From positions 4,896-68,895 of the forward strand of contig JAIDNJ010000057.1 of NCBI GenBank assembly GCA_029063895.1: DNA of 64,000 nt, written 5' to 3'. This DNA is from Muribaculaceae bacterium. GTDB taxonomy: Bacteria; Bacteroidota; Bacteroidia; Bacteroidales; Muribaculaceae. Both the position numbers and the translations under genes were made by a program. Below, piece after piece: positions 56,214 to 64,000 of this stretch; the stretch's first letter is position 1; every line of letters starts with the position of its first letter. The notes beneath the pieces were generated by a model, which saw nothing but the letters and a program-made list of their open reading frames with translations, ran no database searches and was not told the DNA's origin.

Positions 56214-58559
56214 ATGAAAAAAATAATAATAACAGCTCTTGTGTCGGGATTGCTTGCCGGGTGTGGAAACAACGGTAGCCGCGGTGATATGTCACCGGCA
56301 ATTCCAAATGACAAGGATATCGAGACAAAGGTATCGGAAATTGTTTCGGGAATGTCGCTTGACGACAAAGTCGGTCAAATGTGCGAGGTCGTCGTCGACC
56401 TGGTTTGTGCCGATACTCTTCAGGACAATAAAGTAGTTCTCGATTATGCAAAAGTTGATACCATATTTAATAAATACCGTGTAGGCTCTATTCTGAATAC
56501 AGCTCAGGGACATGCTCAGGACCGCGATACATGGTATCGTCTTATCAGTGGCATCCAGGATGCGTCGATGAAGTATATAGGTATCCCCGATGTTTATGGA
56601 GTAGACCAGAATCACGGGACGACATATACTGTGGGCGGTACGCTTTTCCCACAGGAAATAAACATGGCGGCATCGTTCAACCGCGATCTTGTGCGCGAGG
56701 GAGCGGCTATCTGTGCCTATGAAACCCGGGCAAGCTCTATTCCCTGGGTTTATAACCCGGTGATGGATCTTGGCCGTAATCCCGTGTGGAGCCGTATATG
56801 GGAGAGCTTTGGCGAAGACCCTTACATCAACGGGGAGATGGCGGTTGCAATGGTGAAAGGTTATCAGGGTAATGATCCTAATCATGTCGGAGTAAATAAT
56901 GTCGGTGCCTGTCTCAAGCACTATATGGCATACGGTAACCCTGTGACCGGTAAAGACCGTACTCCGGCGTCAATCAATCCTGTTGACCTGCGCGAAAAAT
57001 ATTTTCACCCTTTTAAAGAAGCGATACGGGCGGGAGCTCTCTCGGTGATGGTAAACTCAGGTACGAATAACGGTTTGCCATTCCACGCCAACTACGAGAT
57101 GCTCACCGTATGGCTCAAGGAAGACCTTAACTGGGACGGAATGATTGTGACCGACTGGGCCGATATTCATAATCTTTGGCGTCGTGACAAGATAGCAGCC
57201 GACTATAAGGAGGCAATCATGCTTGCTGTCAATGCCGGCGTGGATATGTCGATGACTCCCTATGATACTGAATTTTGTACACTGCTTAAAGAGCTGGTCA
57301 AGGAAGGAAAGGTAGCTCAATCGCGCATCGATGATGCCGTGAAACGTATCATCCGTTTCAAACTGCGTCTCGGCCTCTTTGAAACACCTGTTACCAATCC
57401 TGCCGATTACCCTCTCTTCGGTAGTAAAGAACATGCCCAAAAAGCGCTTGAACTTGCTGTCCAGAGCGAAATTCTTCTTAAAAATGAAAATGGCGTGTTG
57501 CCTATATCAGCCGGCAAACGTATTCTTGTAACCGGTCCTAACGCTAACTCTATGCGTTCGCTCAACGGCGGATGGTCTTATACTTGGCAGGGAACCGACG
57601 AGCCTCAATATCACGAAGGATATAACACGATATATCAATCACTTTGCAATGAATATGGTGCTACAAATGTGATTCTTGAGCAGGGTATGGACTATGTCGG
57701 TGACTATGGTCAGTGGGAAGCCGAGCAGAATATCCGCATTGAACGCGCGGTAGCAGCGGCCCGCAATGCTGATGTTATCGTAGCATGTATCGGTGAAAAC
57801 TCCTACTGCGAGACTCCCGGTAATACCAACGACCTGCATCTGTCGGCCAATCAGACCGCACTTGTCAAGGCTCTTGCAACAGCCGGTAAACCGATTGTCC
57901 TTGTTTTGAACGAAGGACGTCCGCGCATCATCCGTGAAATCGAACCCCTTGCCTCGGCTATCATTGACATAATGCTCCCCGGTAACTATGGCGGCGATGC
58001 TCTTGCACAACTTATCTCGGGCAAGCAAAATTTCAGCGCAAAATTGCCGTTTACCTATCCGCGCTGGATCAATGCTCTCGCTACCTATGACCACAAGCCG
58101 TGTGAGACAGTCGAGACTATGAGCGGTGCTTATAACTATTCGGCCGATATTGACGTTCAGTGGCCGTTTGGCTATGGTATGAGCTATACAACTTTTGAAT
58201 ATTCAGACATCACAGTAGATAAAGTCAAATTCTCGCCTAACGACAATATCACGGTTTCGGTAAATGTGCGTAATACCGGATCGACCGACGGTATGGAGGC
58301 GGTGATCCTTTACAGCAGCGACCTCGTGGCATCGATTACTCCCGACGTGCTCCGTGTGCGCGGTTTTGAAAAAATAAATCTCAAGCCTGGCGAAAGTAAA
58401 CGAGTTGAATTTACTATACCGGCGTCTGACCTCGCTTTTGTAGGCTATGACGGACACTGGACCCTCGAAGCGGGCGAGTTTGAATTTACAATTGGCGGCC
58501 AAAAGGTAAAAGCGTCATGCACCGGCACAAAGGTGTGGGACTCTGCAAACATTCAATGA
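56214..58559 (+). CDS. GH3 beta-glucosidase-type glycoside hydrolase (lipoprotein)
   Basis: Motifs KHYMAYG and the nucleophile region MIVTDWADI are present, with a C-terminal FnIII-like domain. ATG at 56214 is preferred over the GTG at 56208. Confidence 0.9.
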   Translation: MKKIIITALVSGLLAGCGNNGSRGDMSPAIPNDKDIETKVSEIVSGMSLDDKVGQMCEVVVDLVCADTLQDNKVVLDYAKVDTIFNKYRVGSILNTAQGHAQDRDTWYRLISGIQDASMKYIGIPDVYGVDQNHGTTYTVGGTLFPQEINMAASFNRDLVREGAAICAYETRASSIPWVYNPVMDLGRNPVWSRIWESFGEDPYINGEMAVAMVKGYQGNDPNHVGVNNVGACLKHYMAYGNPVTGKDRTPASINPVDLREKYFHPFKEAIRAGALSVMVNSGTNNGLPFHANYEMLTVWLKEDLNWDGMIVTDWADIHNLWRRDKIAADYKEAIMLAVNAGVDMSMTPYDTEFCTLLKELVKEGKVAQSRIDDAVKRIIRFKLRLGLFETPVTNPADYPLFGSKEHAQKALELAVQSEILLKNENGVLPISAGKRILVTGPNANSMRSLNGGWSYTWQGTDEPQYHEGYNTIYQSLCNEYGATNVILEQGMDYVGDYGQWEAEQNIRIERAVAAARNADVIVACIGENSYCETPGNTNDLHLSANQTALVKALATAGKPIVLVLNEGRPRIIREIEPLASAIIDIMLPGNYGGDALAQLISGKQNFSAKLPFTYPRWINALATYDHKPCETVETMSGAYNYSADIDVQWPFGYGMSYTTFEYSDITVDKVKFSPNDNITVSVNVRNTGSTDGMEAVILYSSDLVASITPDVLRVRGFEKINLKPGESKRVEFTIPASDLAFVGYDGHWTLEAGEFEFTIGGQKVKASCTGTKVWDSANIQ

Positions 58560-58568
58560 TTTTGAAAA

Positions 58569-59828
58569 ATGAAAGCTACACAAATAACAATGATTTTTGT
58601 CGGTCTGCTTGCCTTGGCATCGTGTCAGGGCCACCGGACTGCCGACACACCCTCAAGCACAAATTTTTTGAGAGTGCAAGGTCATGATATAGTTGACTCA
58701 AACGGAGAAAAATTTTATATCAAGGGTACAAATGTAGGCAACTGGCTCAACCCCGAGGGCTACATGTTTGGCTTTGGGCGTGTCAACTCGCCGAGAATGA
58801 TTAACGAAGCATTGTGTGAACTTGTCGGTCCTACAGAAGCACAACGTTTCTGGCAAGAGTTCAAAGACAATTATATCACCGAGGCCGACTTTGAATTTAT
58901 CGCTTCGACAGGGGCAAATACCGTGAGGGTACCGTTTCATTACAAACTTTTTACCAATGAAGATTACATGGGACTCAATGACGACAACGAAGGTTTCCGT
59001 CGTCTTGACAACTGTGTTGAATGGGCCGGTAAAAACGGGTTGCGTCTAATTTTTGACATGCATGACTGCCCCGGCGGTCAAACTGGTGACAATATCGACG
59101 ACAGCTACGGGTTTCCGTGGCTCATGACCGATACTGTTTCTCAAAACCGATTTGTCGATATATGGAAACGTATAGCAGCACGATATGCAGGCGAAGATGT
59201 TGTTCTCGGCTATGAACTCGCCAATGAACCGGTGGCAACCTACTGGGAAGGTGAAGAGCGGGACTCGCTCAACGCTGCACTCGAACCCCTTTACCGTCGT
59301 GCTGTCAAAGCAATACGCGAGGTTGATAACAATCACATCATTTTGTTGGGTGGACCGCAATGGAACAGCTATTTCGGCAATTTTACCGACTGGAATTTTG
59401 ACGATAACATCATGTACACCTGCCATCGTTACGGGGGCGAACCCACAGCCGAGGCTATCAAGGAGTATATAGATTTCCGAGATCTCACCGGGCTGCCTAT
59501 GTATATGGGCGAGATAGGGCATAACACCGACAGCTGGATGAGCGATTTTGTCGACGTGATGCGAGCCAATAACATCGGTTATACATTCTGGCCTTATAAA
59601 AAACTTGGCGACAGCTCTATGACCGGTGTGGCTATACCCGACGGCTGGCAGGAACTCGTGGCCTTTGTCGAGGCTCCGCGCGGTTCCTATGGAGAGATTC
59701 GCGAGGCACGCAAGCTGTGTTCACCCGAACGCGGTCGTGAACTTCTCGACGCTTATATTGCCGGCGCACACTCCGACCGAATGCTTGTTCATAAAGACTA
59801 TATAAATGCAATCAAACTCGATAAATAA
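58569..59828 (+). CDS. GH5 glycoside hydrolase (cellulase family, lipoprotein)
   Basis: The acid/base motif is ELANEP and the nucleophile region is YMGEIG. The lipoprotein signal is LALASC. Confidence 0.8.
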   Translation: MKATQITMIFVGLLALASCQGHRTADTPSSTNFLRVQGHDIVDSNGEKFYIKGTNVGNWLNPEGYMFGFGRVNSPRMINEALCELVGPTEAQRFWQEFKDNYITEADFEFIASTGANTVRVPFHYKLFTNEDYMGLNDDNEGFRRLDNCVEWAGKNGLRLIFDMHDCPGGQTGDNIDDSYGFPWLMTDTVSQNRFVDIWKRIAARYAGEDVVLGYELANEPVATYWEGEERDSLNAALEPLYRRAVKAIREVDNNHIILLGGPQWNSYFGNFTDWNFDDNIMYTCHRYGGEPTAEAIKEYIDFRDLTGLPMYMGEIGHNTDSWMSDFVDVMRANNIGYTFWPYKKLGDSSMTGVAIPDGWQELVAFVEAPRGSYGEIREARKLCSPERGRELLDAYIAGAHSDRMLVHKDYINAIKLDK

Positions 59829-59839
59829 CATTTCTTTTT

Positions 59840-62089
59840 ATGCGTCTCAAAAATACATTTGCCATCTTACTGACCGCTGCCACGTTGACTGCCGTCGCCA
59901 GGACTCCGGTATATCTTGACGATTCAAAACCGATTGAAGAGCGTGTCAACGATGCTTTGTCCCGAATGACAATTGCTGAAAAAATTGCAATAATACATGC
60001 TCAGAGCAAATTCAGTTCGCCGGGCGTCCAGCGTCTCGGTATTCCCGGAATATGGTGTACCGACGGACCTCACGGCATACGTCCCGACGTGCTTTGGGAT
60101 GAATGGGACCAGGCCGGGGCGACCAATGACTCGTGTGTGGCTTTCCCGGCTCTGACATGCCTTGCCGCGACATGGAATCCCGACATGGCGGCACTATATG
60201 GAAAGTCAATCGGTGAGGAAGCCAGGTATCGCAACAAAAATGTGTTGCTCGGTCCCGGTGTAAACATAAACCGCACGCCGCTCAACGGACGTAGCTTCGA
60301 GTATATGGGTGAGGACCCGCTGTTGGCTGCGACAATGGTGGTGCCCTATATCCGTGGCGTTCAGGATAACGGTGTAGCTGCGTGTGTCAAGCATTATGCT
60401 CTCAACAATCAGGAAGTTGACCGTTCCAGCATCGATGTTTATGTTGACGACCGCACTCTCCACGAAATTTATTTGCCGGCATTCAAGGCTGCCATCATCG
60501 ACGGCGGCGCATGGGCCATCATGCCCGGTTATAACAAGTATCAGGGAGATCATGCGTGTGAAAACCGACGTCTGTTACTTGATATACTCAAGGGCGACTG
60601 GGCTTTTGACGGCGTGGCAATCAGTGACTGGGGTGCCGTTCACAATACTGAAAAGGTTGCAGCCAACGGTCTCGATATGGAATTTGGATCATGGACCAAC
60701 GGCCTTAATTTCGGAGCGAGCAACGCTTATGACGATTATTACCTTGCCAAGCCCTATGAGAAACTGATTCTCGAAGGTAAAGCCGACACGGCCTTGCTCA
60801 ACGACAAGGCGGCCCGAGTGCTTCGTCTCATTATGCGCACCGAGATGAACCGCAACCGCCCGTATGGCTCGATGAACAGCCCCGAACACTATGCCGCTGC
60901 CCGACAGATTGCCGGCGAAGGTCTGGTGCTTCTGAAAAATGAGAACAATCTGCTCCCCGTCTCACCCGATGTTAAAAAAATACTGGTGGTGGGCGAGAAT
61001 GCAATCAAGATGATGACTGTTGGAGGCGGTTCGTCGTCGCTTAAAGTGCAGCGCGAGATTCTTCCGCTTGACGGAATCAGGGCCAATGCGTCATCAAAAG
61101 GAATCGAAGTTGACTATCAGCGCGGGTATGTCGGTGATGTCACCGGCGAATACAACGGCGTGACTACCGGACAGAATCTTGCCGATGAACGTAATAGCGA
61201 ACAGCTCATTGCCGATGCAGTCAAGGCTGCCCGTGAGGCTGATATGGTTATCTTTATCGGTGGTTTAAATAAATCGGATCATCAGGACTCGGAGGGTGCC
61301 GACCGACTTTCATATGACCTTCCTTATGATCAGGATAAAGTTATTGAGGCTCTTGTGGCTGCCAATCCCAACACGGTTGTTGTTAATTTGACCGGTAACG
61401 CTTATGCCATGCCCTGGAAAGATCGTGTGCCGGCCATAGTCCAAGGGTGGTATATTGGTTCAGAGGCAGGCAACGCTATCGCCGATGTACTCTTTGGTGA
61501 CGTTAATCCATCAGGAAAACTGCCGTTTACAATGGTTGTCGCTCTCGATGATTTTGCAGCTCACGCTACCGGCGATGCATCGGTTTATCCCGGTGTAGAC
61601 GGTAAAGTCACCTACAAGGAGGGGCTCGACGTGGGCTATCGTCATTTTGACAAGCTACCTGCCAAGCGTGTGAACTATGCATTTGGTCACGGAAAGAGTT
61701 ACACCACGTTTGATCTCGGCAAGCCCCGGCTGTCAAACAGTATTCTTAAAGCCGACGACGTGCTGACCGTTACCGTCCCGGTGACAAATACCGGCACACG
61801 CGATGGTGCCGAGGTTGTGCAGCTCTATGTTCATGATGTGAAAAGTAAAATCAACCGACCTTATAAGGAACTCAAGGCGTTTGATAAAGTCAGCGTCCAA
61901 CCCGGTAAAACCGAAAATGCAACCATGACAATCGACCGCCGTGCGTTTGCCTACTACAATCCCGAGACATCGCTCTGGACTGTTAATCCCGGCCGTTATG
62001 AACTGCTCATAGGCAACTCGTCTGATGCAATTTCAAATCGTCTGACAGTCAATATACCCGAAGCAATAACATGGTGCGATTCCGAGTAA
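59840..62089 (+). CDS. GH3 beta-glucosidase-type glycoside hydrolase
   Basis: Motifs KHYALNNQE and the nucleophile region VAISDWGAV are present, with a C-terminal FnIII-like domain. Confidence 0.9.
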   Translation: MRLKNTFAILLTAATLTAVARTPVYLDDSKPIEERVNDALSRMTIAEKIAIIHAQSKFSSPGVQRLGIPGIWCTDGPHGIRPDVLWDEWDQAGATNDSCVAFPALTCLAATWNPDMAALYGKSIGEEARYRNKNVLLGPGVNINRTPLNGRSFEYMGEDPLLAATMVVPYIRGVQDNGVAACVKHYALNNQEVDRSSIDVYVDDRTLHEIYLPAFKAAIIDGGAWAIMPGYNKYQGDHACENRRLLLDILKGDWAFDGVAISDWGAVHNTEKVAANGLDMEFGSWTNGLNFGASNAYDDYYLAKPYEKLILEGKADTALLNDKAARVLRLIMRTEMNRNRPYGSMNSPEHYAAARQIAGEGLVLLKNENNLLPVSPDVKKILVVGENAIKMMTVGGGSSSLKVQREILPLDGIRANASSKGIEVDYQRGYVGDVTGEYNGVTTGQNLADERNSEQLIADAVKAAREADMVIFIGGLNKSDHQDSEGADRLSYDLPYDQDKVIEALVAANPNTVVVNLTGNAYAMPWKDRVPAIVQGWYIGSEAGNAIADVLFGDVNPSGKLPFTMVVALDDFAAHATGDASVYPGVDGKVTYKEGLDVGYRHFDKLPAKRVNYAFGHGKSYTTFDLGKPRLSNSILKADDVLTVTVPVTNTGTRDGAEVVQLYVHDVKSKINRPYKELKAFDKVSVQPGKTENATMTIDRRAFAYYNPETSLWTVNPGRYELLIGNSSDAISNRLTVNIPEAITWCDSE

Positions 62090-62112
62090 TCGTCGGAAAG
62101 GATATAAAAAAT

Positions 62113-62146
62113 CGAGGGCCGCTCCTGCAACGGAAGCGGCCCTCGG
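62113..62146. terminator. Bidirectional terminator hairpin between convergent genes
   Basis: The arms CGAGGGCCGC and GCGGCCCTCG form a perfect 10-bp GC-rich stem. The hairpin is flanked by A-rich sequence upstream and T-rich sequence downstream. Confidence 0.6.
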
Positions 62147-62169
62147 TGTATTTAAAGGAATGATATAGG

Positions 62170-64000
62170 TTACCAGATAATTACCTGTTCTTCGGCAGGA
62201 CGGTACATCTTGTCACCCTCCTTGATACCAAATGCCTCAAAGAATGGGGTGATGTTGCGGAGCGATACATTCACGCGGTTCTCGGCCAGCGAGTGAACGT
62301 CACCGGTTGTGAGGTTGCGTTTTTCCTCGTCGCGGATGTTGCTTGCCCAGATGTTGGCATAGTTGAGGTAGAACACCTGCATGGGGGTGAATCCGTCAAT
62401 GAGAGCGGCTTCCGAGTCGATGTCAACACCTTTCTTGGCCTGAGCGTCGAGGAACGCAGTGCGCGAGATGCGTAGACCACCTTGGTCGGCGATATTTTCA
62501 CCGAGTGTGTAACGGCCGTTGGCATGGAGACCGGGGAGAATCTCGACTGAATCAAACTGAGCGACGAGCTTGTCGGTGAGGATGGTGAAAGCCTCGGCAT
62601 CGGCCGGTGTCCACCACGGTTTCATGTTGCCCTCGGCATCAAAGTTGCGGCCCTGGTCATCAAATCCGTGAGTCATTTCGTGACCGATGACAACACCGAT
62701 ACCGCCATAGTTTTCTGCATCAGATGCTTCGGGGTCAAAGAATGGAGCCTGAAGGATACCGGCAGGGAAGACGATTTCGTTGGCAAGCGGGTTGTAGTAG
62801 GCGTTAACTGTCTGAGGAGTCATACCCCACTCGGTTTTGTCGACCGGTTTACCCCATTTGGCATATTCCTCGGCCTGATGCCACATTGCCACGTTGTGCA
62901 TGTTTTCGTAGTAGCTCTTAGAGGGGTCGATTTCCATTGACGAGTAGTCTTTCCACTTGTCGGGGTAGCCGATTTTAACGGTGAAGGCTGCAAGCTTTTT
63001 CTGAGCATTGGTTTTGGTTGAGTCGCTCATCCATGTGAGGTTGTCGATGTGCTTGCCGAGAGCGGTGCGCAGGTTTTCGACGAGACCGAGCATGTATTGT
63101 TTTGATGATTCGGGGAAATATTTCTCTACATAGAGCTGACCGATTGCCTCGCCGAGCGAACCTTCGGTAGCCGAGAGTGCGCGTTTCCAGCGGGGACGCT
63201 GTTCCTGAGCGCCGGTAAGCACTTTGGTATATTCAAAGGCGGCGTCGGTAAAGTTATCACTTAGTTTGCCGGCTGCCTGACCAACATAATTCCAAAGATA
63301 GTAGTCCTTGATTTCACGGTCGTTGAGAGAGCCAAGGAGTTCAACGCCGCGTTTGAGTGTCTCGGGAGTGGTGACGATAACCTGCTCGGGAGTGTCGATA
63401 CCCATTGTCGACTTGAAGTATGTGTTCCAGTCTACGTTTTTAAATTCTTTGGGAAGATCGGCCGAGGCATAGGGATTGTACATTTTTGTGATGTCACGGC
63501 TTTCCTCGCGGGTGCGGGTTTTCTCGGCGAGTGAAGTCTCGATTTTCATAACGTTGTCAACGATGCGGTCAGCGTCGGCTTCGCTATATCCGGCATTCAT
63601 CATCTGAGTTTTGATGAGCTTTTTATAGGCGTTGCGCACGGTGGTGTTGCGTTCGTCGTTTTCGAGATAGTAGTCGCGGTCACCCATACCGAGTGAAGCA
63701 CCGCTGAGATACATCGCATACTGGTTTGAGTTGGTCATGTCTTCCATGGGACCGGCACCAAAGAACGGGTTGCCATAGTTTGTGTGCATCCAAATCAGCA
63801 GGTCATACATGCCGTCATGGTCGGTCGACTCGATTTTGGCGAGGTCGGCCTTGATGGGTTCGGCGCCTTCATTGTTACGGCGAACCGAGTCCATTGCCTG
63901 GGTATAGATAGTGGCCACTTTAAAAGCGACACTTCCCGGCTCAGGATTCTGGTCGGCGAGACCGGTCACGATTTCTTTAACGCGGCGTTCGGCCTCGTCG
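62170..64000 (-). CDS. M13 family zinc metallopeptidase (PepO/endothelin-converting-enzyme-like); the N-terminus lies outside the window
   Basis: The zinc motif is HEMTHGFD, and GENIADQGG is also present. The frame stays open to the window edge. Confidence 0.9.
   Translation of the reverse strand, partial: DEAERRVKEIVTGLADQNPEPGSVAFKVATIYTQAMDSVRRNNEGAEPIKADLAKIESTDHDGMYDLLIWMHTNYGNPFFGAGPMEDMTNSNQYAMYLSGASLGMGDRDYYLENDERNTTVRNAYKKLIKTQMMNAGYSEADADRIVDNVMKIETSLAEKTRTREESRDITKMYNPYASADLPKEFKNVDWNTYFKSTMGIDTPEQVIVTTPETLKRGVELLGSLNDREIKDYYLWNYVGQAAGKLSDNFTDAAFEYTKVLTGAQEQRPRWKRALSATEGSLGEAIGQLYVEKYFPESSKQYMLGLVENLRTALGKHIDNLTWMSDSTKTNAQKKLAAFTVKIGYPDKWKDYSSMEIDPSKSYYENMHNVAMWHQAEEYAKWGKPVDKTEWGMTPQTVNAYYNPLANEIVFPAGILQAPFFDPEASDAENYGGIGVVIGHEMTHGFDDQGRNFDAEGNMKPWWTPADAEAFTILTDKLVAQFDSVEILPGLHANGRYTLGENIADQGGLRISRTAFLDAQAKKGVDIDSEAALIDGFTPMQVFYLNYANIWASNIRDEEKRNLTTGDVHSLAENRVNVSLRNITPFFEAFGIKEGDKMYRPAEEQVIIW

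Overview
This window is a Bacteroidota (Bacteroidales-type) chromosomal segment. Supporting evidence is a SusC/SusD pair, a hybrid two-component regulator, many lipoprotein signal peptides, and TAnnTTTG -7 boxes in place of Shine-Dalgarno sites. Reading left to right: (1) Housekeeping genes: purC 3' end, menG/ubiE, an MsbA-like ABC exporter and a U32 peptidase. (2) A compact Wza/Wzc/Wzy/GT4 exopolysaccharide locus. (3) An accessory patch holding a WG-repeat protein, a Schlafen/AlbA_2-type protein, a WYL regulator divergent from an rtcB-prfH RNA/ribosome repair pair, and an unusual truncated FtsZ-like GTPase-domain gene translationally coupled to a metallophosphoesterase. (4) guaB, fba and an S9 peptidase. 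(5) A visibly AT-richer accessory or defence-like island at about 22.6-35.3 kb. (6) A large polysaccharide utilisation locus at 35.5-62.1 kb with GH20, HTCS, ROK kinase, nagB, MFS, a GH18-ThuA fusion, SusC/D, a surface lipoprotein, GH9, ThuA, GH3, GH5 and GH3. (7) A partial M13 peptidase. The island contains a tandem-repeat protein, a pair of DUF262 (GmrSD-like) genes, an LRR protein, and a WYL regulator coupled to a DEDDh exonuclease. It also contains the most interesting locus: a tightly overlapping four-gene minus-strand operon encoding a small 2-TM protein, a RadA/Sms-like RecA-fold ATPase, a DUF932-like protein and a single-HKD PLD nuclease. That operon matches no named system I recognise. 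No rRNA, tRNA, CRISPR array, integrase or transposase was seen. All calls rest on motif reading of the supplied translations and DNA; no database searches were run.
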